Below are positions 1 to 9,434 of a stretch of DNA of 64,000 bases, in pieces. The DNA is from an uncultured delta proteobacterium (GTDB lineage: Bacteria; Myxococcota_A; Polyangia; Fen-1088): contig CAWCMR010000025.1 of assembly GCA_963796685.1 (NCBI GenBank), positions 1,120,001 through 1,184,000 on the forward strand, written 5' to 3'. The notes under the pieces were generated by a model. It was not told where the DNA came from and did not search any database. It saw only the letters and a list, made by a program, of their open reading frames with translations. Made by a program: the position numbers and the translations under genes. The first letter of the stretch is position 1, and each line of letters begins with the position of its first letter.

Positions 1-2386
1 CGGCGGGCTTGCCGGCCTTCTCGCCTGTGCCGGCCACCTGGGCGAGCGTGGCGGTTCCGGTGACGATGGCGATGCCGCCCGCGCCTTCGCGGCACTGCAC
101 GAGCTGTTTGTCGGTGCCATTCGCCTCGTTCTCCAAGGCGATATCGAGACGCTTCTTGATGACCGTGGTCTTGACCGAGGACTTGATCTCCTGGATGCGG
201 GCCAGGTACGGCTTGGCCAGCGGCGACTTGCTGCACGGCGATTCGCCGAACTTGTCGACCACCTGGAGCAACCGACCGAGCGCGCAGTCCTTGGCCTCTT
301 CGTCGTCGATGTTGTAGTCGATGAAGTAGGTGGTCAGGACGGCGTCGTAGGCCTTGAAGCCGATCTCGGGCTTGGTCGCGCAGTAGGCGTCCGAGATCTC
401 GGCCAGGCGAGCACGCGCGTCGGGCCAATCGCGGTGCTTGAGCAGCAGCACGGCCGCGGCGTAGCGCAGATCGGGCACGCGAGGATCGTCGGGTAGATTG
501 GTCACGTACCAGTCGAGCGCCTGCAGGTAGCTCTTGTAAAGCTCGTGCATGGGCAGCGCCGTGACCGGCGGCTTGGTGTTCTTCTCGTCCGGGATGGGCG
601 GATCTTCGATGCGCCTTTCCGCCTTGTACTTGTCGATGAGCTCTTCCAGGGCCTTGATGACCTGCAGGGCCGCGTCCTTCTGGTACTTGTTGTCGACGTT
701 CGAGTCGCGCACGGCGATGTAGGCCGGGATCGATTCCTGCACCTCGCCGCCGTAGTAGAGCGTGTCGGCGTAGAAGGCCGAGAACTCGTAGGCGCGCTTC
801 GAGTTGGGATAGGCGTTGAGGTACTTCTCGTAAAGCTCGGCCGCCGTCCGGTAGGTCTGCTGGCACTCCGCGAGCTTCTTGACGTCGGAGGGGGTCTGCT
901 GCGCCTTCGCCCGGCAGGCTTGCGCCGCAGCGTGCACGTTGGTCGCCGCGGTCAGCAAGGCGTCCTCGGCGAGTTGCGCGGCCACGGCCAGGGCCTCGGG
1001 GTTGTTGGTGTTCTGTTGGTACCACGCGCTGCCCTTGCTGTAGTTGCGCCCGAGCATCTCGCGCTCTTTGGCGGCGGCCAGCAGATTGCGGTCGCGCTCG
1101 TAGGCCTTCACGATCTTCTCTTGCAGCTTGGGCGCGTCGGCGAAGTACGGCCACATCTGCAGGATGTACTTGTAGACCGCGATGGCGTCGCTGTACTTGG
1201 TGGAATCGAAGTAGATGTCGCCCAGGCGCTGGAAGACCTCCTTGACGTGCGGCTCGCCCTCGCGGCCGCGGTAGAAGTCCTGCGCGCGCTGCAGGCCGGT
1301 CACGGGATCAGGGAGGTTGTCGCCATCCCAATCGGGCTCGGAGAAGCTGATACCGAGGTACTGGATGGCCTCGGGCCGCAGCTCGGAGCCGAACTTGTCG
1401 CCCGCGGCCTTCTTGCTGTCGGCCCAGGTGACCAGACCGTCGAACTCCTTGATGGCGTCGAGGTAGCGATTGTCCCGGTAGTACGACCAGGCCAGCTTGT
1501 AGATGGCCTTGTCGTAGTACGACGAGTTCTTGAACTGCAGGACGCGCCCGTAGGCCGAAATGGCGTGCGCCAGCTCGGCGGCATCGAAGTGCATTTCACC
1601 GATGCGCGTCCAGGCCTCGGGCAAGAACTTCGAATCCTTCTTGATGGGGGTGCAGTCCTTGTAGTAGTCGACCAGCGGCCCCTTGCTGAGCCCGGTCGAC
1701 GGCGGCACCTTGCTGGGCGCATCGAGCGGCTTGTACTCGTTCGCGCACACGAGAGCGAGCAGGGCCTGGCGCGCCTCGGGATCCTGTCCCATCTCACCGA
1801 GGCAGAACCCGAGCAGATAGTAGGTCGCGTCGAGCAGGCGGTAGTTGGGAAACTCGACCAGCAGTCGGCGGTACAGCGCGACGGTCTGGGTGTAGTCGGC
1901 CTTGGGCGATGGCCCGGTGGGCGGATTGGCCGAATCGAGGGCCTTCTGGTAGTCGTCTTGCGCGGTCAGGAATTCGTCGGACGACTTCTCGTAGTAGAGC
2001 TCGGCCAAGCGGAACATGACATCCGGGGTCCACTTCCTGTCCGTCGGGTACTTGCGCAGGAAGCCCTCGAGCACGGCGATGGCGTCCATGCGCCGCTGCT
2101 TCTCCTCCTTCTCGTTGAAGGAGATCATCGGCTCGTACTTGTCGTGGATGGCCTTCATCTTCTCGAAGTAGGTCTGCTTGATGATGCCGCTGGCGGCCCT
2201 GCGAAAGCCGCTCACCTCCTCCGCGTAGCGCGTGAGATCGGCGGCCATTTCGTCGACGGCCTTGGGATCGACGGGCCCTTCCCTGAACCTGGCCGGAGCG
2301 GCGCGCAGGCTCGCGGATACAAAAAGGACGCACGCAAACGCGAGGGTGCGAGAAGCCCGTCGGAATATTGGGGGTTGCCCGGCCAC
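1..2386 (-). CDS. Large secreted tetratricopeptide-repeat protein, GltD/AgmU-like (3' end runs off the window)
   Basis: Not in the ORF track because there is no stop inside the window. Read by hand from GTG at 2386: MAGQPPIFRRASRTLAFACVLFVSASLRA (signal-like), then TPR-type helices 'TPDVMFRLAELYYE', 'LDATYYLLGFCL', 'PEAWTRIGEMHFD', 'YYDKAIYKLAWSYYR'. Starts 2 nt after the stop of the upstream TPR gene. Confidence 0.75.
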   Translation of the reverse strand, partial: MAGQPPIFRRASRTLAFACVLFVSASLRAAPARFREGPVDPKAVDEMAADLTRYAEEVSGFRRAASGIIKQTYFEKMKAIHDKYEPMISFNEKEEKQRRMDAIAVLEGFLRKYPTDRKWTPDVMFRLAELYYEKSSDEFLTAQDDYQKALDSANPPTGPSPKADYTQTVALYRRLLVEFPNYRLLDATYYLLGFCLGEMGQDPEARQALLALVCANEYKPLDAPSKVPPSTGLSKGPLVDYYKDCTPIKKDSKFLPEAWTRIGEMHFDAAELAHAISAYGRVLQFKNSSYYDKAIYKLAWSYYRDNRYLDAIKEFDGLVTWADSKKAAGDKFGSELRPEAIQYLGISFSEPDWDGDNLPDPVTGLQRAQDFYRGREGEPHVKEVFQRLGDIYFDSTKYSDAIAVYKYILQMWPYFADAPKLQEKIVKAYERDRNLLAAAKEREMLGRNYSKGSAWYQQNTNNPEALAVAAQLAEDALLTAATNVHAAAQACRAKAQQTPSDVKKLAECQQTYRTAAELYEKYLNAYPNSKRAYEFSAFYADTLYYGGEVQESIPAYIAVRDSNVDNKYQKDAALQVIKALEELIDKYKAERRIEDPPIPDEKNTKPPVTALPMHELYKSYLQALDWYVTNLPDDPRVPDLRYAAAVLLLKHRDWPDARARLAEISDAYCATKPEIGFKAYDAVLTTYFIDYNIDDEEAKDCALGRLLQVVDKFGESPCSKSPLAKPYLARIQEIKSSVKTTVIKKRLDIALENEANGTDKQLVQCREGAGGIAIVTGTATLAQVAGTGEKAGKPA

Positions 2387-2388
2387 GC

Positions 2389-4734
2389 CTACTTCTCCTC
2401 CTCGAGCAGGGGGCGGAAGTCCTCCTCGACCGTCTTGAGCTCCAGCTTTTGTTGGTTGATGAGCTTGGACACCGCCGAGGTCCGTGCGTCCTTGAGCCCC
2501 CACGCCACGTCGACCAAACCGACATCGGACTGCACGAGGAGATCGTAGAACCGGTCGGTGACCTTGGAGAGCATGGCGAACGCCAGGCCGCCGCCAAGGC
2601 TCTGCGATTCGTTGATGATGCCGCCCAGCTTGACGTTGGCGGACTGCAAATCGCCCCTTTCGGCCAGGAGCTGCTGCTTGAGCGCGACCAGGCGCCTTTG
2701 CGCCGCGGCCTCGATCTTGGCGTCGAGATCCGCCAGGTGGGCTTGCACCGCGTCGGCACGTTCGAGCACCGAAACGATGGCGTCGAAATCGCGCTGCTGA
2801 CCCGGGGAAAGCCTGGACCGCGCGTCTTGGTAAACCGCGCGCTCTTTCTTCATGCTGTCCACCAGATCGGCGATGGCGCCGCGATCCTCGTCGCCGGTAG
2901 CCGCCTCCACCGTGGCCTCGCGCGCCGCCTCGGCGATGTTGTTGCGGATGCGATCGTTCGAGGCGCGCAGCTCGGCGATCGCCTCGCGCATGCCGGCCAC
3001 GGGTTGGATCAGCTCCTCGGGCTTGATCTTCTGATCCGCCCGCGACTTGATGAAGTACTGCTCGATGGCGACCAGCTCGGCCTCCATGCCTTGCACCATG
3101 ACGTTCAGCTCGGAGGCTTCAGCGTCGAGCTTCTCCAGCGCCGCCCGCGCGCGCTTCTCGCGATCCTGCAGCCCGGCCGCGGTCAGCGGTAAACCCGCCA
3201 GCTCTTTCTCGGCGGTCATGCGCTCGACACCGATCCGCTCGAGCTTGCCCTTGTCCTCTGCGCTCACCGCACCGGCGGTCAGGACGCCGAGCTTGGCCAC
3301 GAAGCGCTGGCGCAGCTCGACCATTTGGTTGAGCACCGCGGAGGTGCGGGTGCGCACCGCCGCGAGGTCGGGGAAAATGCCAACCTTGAGCTGTCCGTTA
3401 ACCGCCATCTCGAGCCTGGAAAGCGTCTGCTCGGAATCCTTGATCCCGCGTTGCAGGTCGCCCACGTCCTCGGTCAGGCTCACCAACCTGGCCACCGATG
3501 GGTCCGTCTTCACCCACTTGACCGCGAGCTTGGGGATGAGCACGCTGATATCGAACTTCTCCATGCCCTTGCCCACCAAGGAATCGAAGTACTTGGGATC
3601 GGCTTTGCACTTGGCCAGGCTTTCTTCGAGCTCGTGATAGATGGGCTGGAACTGGTCGCGCGCCTGCATGAACGCGTCGTTGGCCAACGAGAAATTGCCC
3701 AGGCGAACGTGCAGGTTCCCCATCAGCAGGCGATGCTCGGGGGCCTCGGGGCTGTCCGGGTTCTGCAGCAGCATCAAATCCAGCGCCCGGTACGCGGCCT
3801 GGTAGTCCCTGGCCTTGATGGACGTCCAGGCCAGCTCGTTCATGGCTTCCTCGAAGTGAAGCGATTGGCGCGGAATGGTGCTGTAGGCCTCGCGAGCCAG
3901 GTCGAACTGGTCGCGCTCGTAGTACAGCCGCCCGATGGCCAGGCGGGCCAGCTCCTGGATTTCCTTCTCGGTGTCGTTGCGCGGCTGCGCGCGCGCCACA
4001 CCGTCGAACATGGCCAGCGCGGCGGCCAGATCGCCCTTCTGGACCTCGGCGGTGGCCGAGAAGTAGCGCGCCTGCAGGTAGTAAGGGCTGGCGGCCGGGA
4101 TGCCCGCGAACGTCGCCAGCGCCTCGTCGGTGCGGCCGCGGAAAAACGCGTACTTGCCGCGCACGTAGGGCACCGACGGCTCGAGCTGATCGACGGGGAT
4201 GGACGCCAGCCGCTTCAGATAGTCGTCGACGTGCTCGAAGTCCTGGGTATGCAGGCCGATCTCGATGAGTTTCTGCAACGCCTGCTGTTCGAGGCGCGAG
4301 CCCGTGTTCTTCTGCACCGCCAGCTCGAGGTAGTGGCGGGCCGAATTGTAGTCCTTCTCCTGGAACAGCGCCTGGCCGAGCAGAACCAGGGCGTCTTCGT
4401 AGCCCTGGGCGTTGGGATACTTCTCGACGACGTCGAGCAGAATGGTCGCGGCCTCGTTGTAGTTCTTGAGCTTGAAGAGCATCTCGGCGTCGACCACCCG
4501 CCGCATGGCGATGGCCGGATCCACCGGGGCGACGTCCCGGAACTCGCTGGAGATGGCGCGCACCCGGTCCTCCATGTCCGAGAGCTTGGCGTTCGCGTCC
4601 TCGAATTCGCCGGCCCGGACGCGTGCCGCCGGCAACAAGGAGGCCAACGCGAAGACGCAGGGAAGAACGCGGGAACGCAGGCGAGGCGCCTGCCCCGCCC
4701 TCACGCGAAGATCGGTCCCTGTCGGCTGGTTCAT
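2389..4734 (-). CDS. Secreted TPR-repeat/coiled-coil protein, 781 aa (Glt-like cluster)
   Basis: N-terminal signal-like segment, multiple TPR motifs (ALVLLGQALFQEKDYNSA; ARLAIGRLYYERDQFDLA; ELAWTSIKARDYQAA), C-terminal coiled coil. Operonic with flanking genes. Confidence 0.75.
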   Translation of the reverse strand: MNQPTGTDLRVRAGQAPRLRSRVLPCVFALASLLPAARVRAGEFEDANAKLSDMEDRVRAISSEFRDVAPVDPAIAMRRVVDAEMLFKLKNYNEAATILLDVVEKYPNAQGYEDALVLLGQALFQEKDYNSARHYLELAVQKNTGSRLEQQALQKLIEIGLHTQDFEHVDDYLKRLASIPVDQLEPSVPYVRGKYAFFRGRTDEALATFAGIPAASPYYLQARYFSATAEVQKGDLAAALAMFDGVARAQPRNDTEKEIQELARLAIGRLYYERDQFDLAREAYSTIPRQSLHFEEAMNELAWTSIKARDYQAAYRALDLMLLQNPDSPEAPEHRLLMGNLHVRLGNFSLANDAFMQARDQFQPIYHELEESLAKCKADPKYFDSLVGKGMEKFDISVLIPKLAVKWVKTDPSVARLVSLTEDVGDLQRGIKDSEQTLSRLEMAVNGQLKVGIFPDLAAVRTRTSAVLNQMVELRQRFVAKLGVLTAGAVSAEDKGKLERIGVERMTAEKELAGLPLTAAGLQDREKRARAALEKLDAEASELNVMVQGMEAELVAIEQYFIKSRADQKIKPEELIQPVAGMREAIAELRASNDRIRNNIAEAAREATVEAATGDEDRGAIADLVDSMKKERAVYQDARSRLSPGQQRDFDAIVSVLERADAVQAHLADLDAKIEAAAQRRLVALKQQLLAERGDLQSANVKLGGIINESQSLGGGLAFAMLSKVTDRFYDLLVQSDVGLVDVAWGLKDARTSAVSKLINQQKLELKTVEEDFRPLLEEEK

Positions 4735-4761
4735 CGGATGATCCTCAACAGCGTACCGATG

Positions 4762-5439
4762 CTACTTCTTCGCCGCCGGTGAAACGGTGCCCTCGGGCGC
4801 CACCAGGTTGACCTTGAACTCGACCGCGGGCTTGTCTTCCATGTTGGTGGTGAGCCCGCCCTTTTCGTAGCCCACCACGGTCACCACGGTGGCCTTGCCG
4901 TCCGCGGCCAGGAAGGTGTTGCTGGAGCTGGCCTTGAACTTGTAGCCCTTGAGGTAGCTGAACACGCCGAACCCGCTGCCCTGGTAGACGAGCTGCACGG
5001 ACAGGGTGTGGTTGCCCGGCTGGATGGCGCCGTTGTACACGTCGAACTCGGGCATGTCGGCCAGGCGGCCGGTATCGTCGACCTTGTTCATGATCTGGAC
5101 GCCGTCGAGAGCGTACACGACCTTGATCAGGCGGAAGGTCGCGCCCATCTCGTTTTTGTGCTTGATGACACATCGCGATGCGCCAATGACGCCGCCGAGC
5201 ACGGTCTCCTTGAGCAGGTTGAGGCGCGCGCGGGTGCGGAAGACCTGCTCCTTGAGATCGTTGACGTTGCGCTCGAGCGCTTTGAGGCGAACCGCCGAGG
5301 CGCTGCTATCGCCAGGTGCGGCGGCGGGGTCAGGGGCGGGGGCGGCGATCGGCGTGGCGTCCGCGGCTTCGGCGCGCGGAAGGCAGACGCTGCCAGCGAG
5401 CAAAAAGCCCAGGACCCCCCAAATTCGTCGAGTCTTCAT
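4762..5439 (-). CDS. Secreted hypothetical protein, coiled coil plus beta-sandwich; first gene of the TPR operon
   Basis: ATG at 5439 preceded by AAGGAG; signal peptide MKTRRIWGVLGFLLAGSVCLPRAEA; coiled coil RLKALERNVNDLKEQVFRTRARLNLLKE; beta-rich C-terminus. Confidence 0.7.
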   Translation of the reverse strand: MKTRRIWGVLGFLLAGSVCLPRAEAADATPIAAPAPDPAAAPGDSSASAVRLKALERNVNDLKEQVFRTRARLNLLKETVLGGVIGASRCVIKHKNEMGATFRLIKVVYALDGVQIMNKVDDTGRLADMPEFDVYNGAIQPGNHTLSVQLVYQGSGFGVFSYLKGYKFKASSSNTFLAADGKATVVTVVGYEKGGLTTNMEDKPAVEFKVNLVAPEGTVSPAAKK

Positions 5440-5702
5440 CTCAAAGCTCCTTCTGAGCATCCGGTCGCTGAGTGCCGGGCCTGGCCCGCCCCCTGGAATC
5501 GAGATGGGGCGGCTGCCCCAAGCTCGCACCGGAGGGAAGTAGTCTATAGCAGGCGGCTCCGAGTCTAGTCAAAAGCACCTCGCTCCTCGGATCGCGCACA
5601 CTCACGCTTCTCCGATGGCAGGCGCATCCTATCAGAAGTTCTTCGAGACCGCCCGCGACTAGTTTGTGTCCGGTGTCGTAGGATTTTGGTCTCTCTGAAA
5701 AC

Positions 5703-5823
5703 ACCTCGCCCCGCGCAGCGGGCGAGGGCGCGGCGAAGCCGCGGGGGCAGGTGTAGGGCGTGCAGGACCCGAAGTGCCCGCAGGGCTGAGAGGTCGCCGA
5801 GCGCAGCGAGGCGGGTGAGGGGC
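5703..5823. repeat. REP-like GC-rich palindromic element (CCCCTCACCC/CTCGCCCCGC family); inverted copy at 52128-52248
   Basis: About 120 bp closely matching the reverse complement of 52128-52248, including the internal GCAGGACCCGAAGTGCCCGCAGGG segment. Confidence 0.75.
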
Positions 5824-5873
5824 TCTACGTTTCGTGAAGAATCCGGGCCTTCGGGTCGACGGCTTTACTGGGG

Positions 5874-6894
5874 CTAACTTTGCTTTTGCCTGGCCTTGGC
5901 CAGCGCCTTCCAGGCCGCCTCGAGGACCTCGGGAAGCCCCTCGCCCGTGGCCGCGCTGATGCCGTAAAGCTTCAGACCACGACGCAAGAATAGCTTCTTG
6001 ATGGCAGGCAACCGCTTGCGCGTGGCGGGCAGGTCGACCTTGTTGAGCACCACGATCTCGTCCCGCGCCGCCATCTTGGCGTCGTACAGCTCGAAGCTCG
6101 CGGCGAAGCGCCAGGTAGTCGCGCAAGGGCGTGCGGCCGGGAATTGCGTTGAGCTCGAGGATGTGGACCAGCACCCGCGTGCGTTCGAGGTGGCGCAGAA
6201 ACTGGTGCCCGAGCCCGGCGCCGGCATGGGCGCCCTCGATGAGCCCGGGTACGTCCGCGAGCACCAGCGAACGTTCGCCCGGAAGTTGCACCACGCCGAG
6301 ATTCGGGATGAGCGTGGTGAAGGGATAGTCCGCGATCTTGGGCCGCGCGGCCGAGACGCGGGTGATGAAGGACGACTTGCCCACGTTGGGGAAACCGACC
6401 AAGCCCACGTCGGCGAGCAGCTTGAGCTCGAGCCGGATGACCCGTTCCTGGCCGGGTCGCCCGCGCTCGAAGTGCCTGGGTGCGCGGTCGGTGGGGGTGG
6501 CGAAGTGGATGTTGCCCCGGCCGCCCTGCCCCCCCCTGGCCGCGTAGAAACGTTGGCCGTGCGTGCGCAGATCTCCCAGCAGCACCGAGGTGGTGTCGTC
6601 GTACACCATGGTGCCGGCGGGGACGCGCAGGATCATGTCTTGCCCGCCCTTGCCGTACTTGTCCTTGTTGCCGCCGCGCTCGCCCGACTCCGCGTGGTGC
6701 TCGTGGCGAAAGCGGAAGTCGAGCAGGGTCGACATCCCCTCGTCCACTTCGAGGATGACGCTGCCGCCGTTGCCGCCGTCGCCGCCCGCAGGACCGCCCT
6801 TAGGCACGAACTTCTCCCGGCGCCAGGCCACGGCCCCATCGCCACCATTTCCCCCCCGCACGCTGATGCGCGCTCGATCGATGAAGGCCGTCAT
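5874..6894 (-). CDS. obg: GTPase Obg/CgtA, with one apparent frameshift at about 6094
   Basis: [39 protein letters not shown]1 [17 protein letters not shown]3 DVPG in one frame. G4 NKVD and G5 ISAATGEG lie in a second frame (ORF 5874..6227). Removing one base at 6094-6095 joins them. Canonical rplU-rpmA-obg order. Confidence 0.93.
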
Positions 6895-6896
6895 TT

Positions 6897-7350
6897 AAAT
6901 GGGAACCCTGGAAGGGTTCCCATACCCTCCCGCGATGGTCCGCGCCGAGCCAAGCTCGGCGGCTCCCCACGCGTCCAAAATAGAAACCCTGCCCTGAACA
7001 CACCTCGCCCCGCGTAGCGTAGCGTAGCGGGGAGAGGTCGCCGAGCGCAGCGAGGCGGGTGAGGGGCTGTCACGTCTCATGCCTGAAGGATCCGGCTTTC
7101 TGCCAGCGGCGGTACTGGAAGAGTTCCCATACCCTGCCCTGAACACACCTCGCCCCGCGTAGCGGAGCGTAGCGGGGAGAGGTCGCCGAGCGCAGCGAGG
7201 CGGGTGAGGGGCTGTCACGTCTCATGCCTGAAGGATCCGGCTTTCCGCCGGGCGGTGTTACTGGGAGGGTTCCCTTACCCTCCCGCGCTCTGGCGGAGCC
7301 GGGCTGGCCCCTCACCCTAACCCTCTCCCCGCTGCGCGGGGCGAGGGGAT
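6897..7350. repeat. Composite intergenic repeat cluster: two-hairpin element, two ~128-bp direct copies (period 145 bp), and a REP
   Basis: TGGGAACCCT-GGA-AGGGTTCCCA hairpin at about 6900-6922; direct repeats starting 6986 and 7131; CCCCTCACCCTAACCCTCTCCCCGCTGCGCGGGGCGAGGGG at about 7308-7348. Confidence 0.8.
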
Positions 7351-7406
7351 CGGAGGGTACTCGCGGGTGCCAACTTCTTGAGCTCTCGTTCAATCCGTTC
7401 GGCGCT

Positions 7407-7658
7407 CTAGCCCGCCTCGATGCTGACGAGCTTGCGGTTGCCGGACTGGCTGTACTTCACCTTGCCGGTCTTGAGGGCGAAGAGCGTGAAGTCACGCCCC
7501 ATGCCCACGTTGTGGCCGGGGTGAAAGAGCGTACCGACCTGGCGAACCAGGATGTTGCCGGCCAGAACCTGCTCGCCGGCGAAGCGCTTCACGCCCCGTC
7601 GTTGCGACTGCGAATCACGACCGTTGCGCGAGCTGCCTTGACCCTTTTTGTGTGCCAT
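7407..7658 (-). CDS. rpmA: 50S ribosomal protein L27
   Basis: [28 protein letters not shown]...ILVRQVGT...GRDFTLFAL. Confidence 0.98.
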   Translation of the reverse strand: MAHKKGQGSSRNGRDSQSQRRGVKRFAGEQVLAGNILVRQVGTLFHPGHNVGMGRDFTLFALKTGKVKYSQSGNRKLVSIEAG

Positions 7659-7663
7659 GGCGT

Positions 7664-7981
7664 CTACGCTCCTGCCTTGATGGAGACGATCTTCAGCGCG
7701 GTGAACGGCTGACGATGCCCCGTCTTGCGCCGGTACGACTTACGCCGCTTGTACTTGTAGATGATGATCTTGTCACCGAGATCCTGACCGAGAACCTCCG
7801 CCTCGACTTGGATGCCCGAGACGTTGGGCTTGCCGATTTGGACGTTTCCGCCATCGTCGGCGAAGAGCAAAGGCGAGAAAGAAAGCTTATCTCCGGTGTT
7901 CGCGGAAAGCTTTTCGACGCGCAGAGTTTCCCCCTCGGCGACGCGATATTGCTTTCCTCCGGTTTGAATGACGGCGTACAT
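7664..7981 (-). CDS. rplU: 50S ribosomal protein L21
   Basis: [17 protein letters not shown]...[18 protein letters not shown]; GGAG SD upstream. Confidence 0.98.
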   Translation of the reverse strand: MYAVIQTGGKQYRVAEGETLRVEKLSANTGDKLSFSPLLFADDGGNVQIGKPNVSGIQVEAEVLGQDLGDKIIIYKYKRRKSYRRKTGHRQPFTALKIVSIKAGA

Positions 7982-8006
7982 GGCTTGGGCTCCAGAGCGA
8001 GGCGCG

Positions 8007-8035
8007 TAATTTAGAGGAGATTGGCGCGCTGTCAA
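8007..8035 (-). promoter_or_regulatory. Sigma70-type promoter for rplU-rpmA(-obg)
   Basis: Minus strand TTGACA-N16-TAAATT upstream of the rplU SD. Confidence 0.55.
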
Positions 8036-8073
8036 GGGAGATGTGTCCAGAAGCTGGTAATCTCGACTTCAGG

Positions 8074-9342
8074 TTACTTGGCACGCAGCAGAACCGAGCG
8101 GGCGTGCCCGGACAAACCCTCCACCTCCGCCAGACAGGCAACGGCCTCGGCCTGCCTGCGCACGGCAGCCGCATCGTATTCGATGAACGAGGTGCGCTTG
8201 AGAAAATCGCCTACCCCGAGCGGTGACGAGAAGCGCGCGCTGCCACTGGTGGGCAGCACGTGGCTCGGGCCCGCGAAATAGTCGCCCAGCGCCTCGCACG
8301 CGTCGTGACCGACGAACACGGCCCCGGCCGCGGTGACCTTGTCCGCCCAGGCACGCGCATCGGCGAGGGCGATCCCGGCGTGCTCGGGGGCGAGCTGATT
8401 GACGATGGCGATGGCGGTCGCGGCGTCGCCGACGACAATCGCCACGCCCTGGCCGGCGACGGCCTTCGCGGCGATGGCTTGGCGCGGAAGCTCGGCGAGT
8501 TGGCGATCGACCTCTTGGGCCACGCGGTCGGCCACGTCCTTGCCGACCGCGACCAGAATGGGCACGGCCAGGGCATCGTGCTCGGCCTGGGCGAGCAGAT
8601 CGGCGGCCACCCACGCCGGGTTGGCCGTCCCGTCGGCGGCGATCACGACCTCGGTCGGTCCGGCGATCATTTCGATGCCGACGTCGCCGAACACCAGGCG
8701 CTTGGCTGCGGCGACGTAGGCGTTGCCAGGTCCCACGATCTTGTCCACGCGGGGAATGCTCTCGGTGCCGTAGGCCAAGGCGGCGATGGCCTGCGCGCCG
8801 CCGACCAGAAAGATCCGATCCACGCCGGCTTCGAGCGCGGCGGCCAGGGTTTCGGGCGAGGGCCCGGGGGTGGTCATGAAGACCTCGCGCACCCCGGCCA
8901 CCTTGGCGGGCACCGCGGTCATGAGCACGGTGGAAGGATAGAGCGCGGTTCCACCGGGCACGTAGATGCCGACCCGAGCAAGCGGCGAGTACCGGCAATT
9001 CAGCCTGACCCCGGCCTCGACGGTCTGGTACGACTGGTAACGCTCGTGCTCGTGGTACCGGCGAATGCGCCCGGCGGCCTCGGCCAGGGCCGCGCGCACG
9101 GGCGCCGACGCCCGCGCCGCCTGGGACTGCCAATCGGCGCGCGACAGCTCAATGGCGGTAAGCGCGCGCGACTCGAACTTCTGGGTGAGCTCGCGCAGGG
9201 CCACATCGCCGCGCGCGCGCACCTCGGCCACGATGGCGCGCGCACCGGTTTCGATGGACTCTGGCAACGCCGCTGAACGCTCGGCCAGGGCTTTCAGCCG
9301 GGACTGAAAGTCCGGCTCGCCCTCGATGATGGTGCGCAACAT
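8074..9342 (-). CDS. hisD: Histidinol dehydrogenase
   Basis: RVGIYVPGG, GGAQAIAALAYGTESIPRVDKIVGPGNAYVAAAK, DLLAQAEHD, APEH, GDYFAGPSHVLPT, EGLSGHA. Start taken as ATG 9342. Confidence 0.96.
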   Translation of the reverse strand: MLRTIIEGEPDFQSRLKALAERSAALPESIETGARAIVAEVRARGDVALRELTQKFESRALTAIELSRADWQSQAARASAPVRAALAEAAGRIRRYHEHERYQSYQTVEAGVRLNCRYSPLARVGIYVPGGTALYPSTVLMTAVPAKVAGVREVFMTTPGPSPETLAAALEAGVDRIFLVGGAQAIAALAYGTESIPRVDKIVGPGNAYVAAAKRLVFGDVGIEMIAGPTEVVIAADGTANPAWVAADLLAQAEHDALAVPILVAVGKDVADRVAQEVDRQLAELPRQAIAAKAVAGQGVAIVVGDAATAIAIVNQLAPEHAGIALADARAWADKVTAAGAVFVGHDACEALGDYFAGPSHVLPTSGSARFSSPLGVGDFLKRTSFIEYDAAAVRRQAEAVACLAEVEGLSGHARSVLLRAK

Positions 9343-9434
9343 GCGAGTGACACTACCGCTCGAGCGCCGGGCGCGCCAGCCGGGCCACAGGCCGGGCACA
9401 CGGACGCACGGCGAAGGGCCCGATGGGAAAGGTT

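Noticed and set aside
545-2548. 667-aa plus-strand ORF
   Set aside because: Antisense shadow of the minus-strand TPR gene, typical of high-GC3 DNA. The same applies to 3325..4782, 12370..13533, 37587..39350, 46125..47618 and similar ORFs.
5659-6090. C-terminal extension of the 411-aa Obg ORF
   Set aside because: Out-of-frame read-through after the frameshift into REP DNA; the true G4/G5 motifs are in the frame ending at 5874.
6895-7393. Short ORFs between rpmA and obg
   Set aside because: Translations of REP-like repeats ([12 protein letters not shown] recurs at several loci); no coding signature.
8485-8495. Other GAAGCTC occurrences (in hisD, the DUF1517 gene at about 28163, the cNMP gene at about 31523, the sugar transferase at about 59338)
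   Set aside because: Reading frames are continuous through these sites, so they are genuine sequence and not frameshifts.
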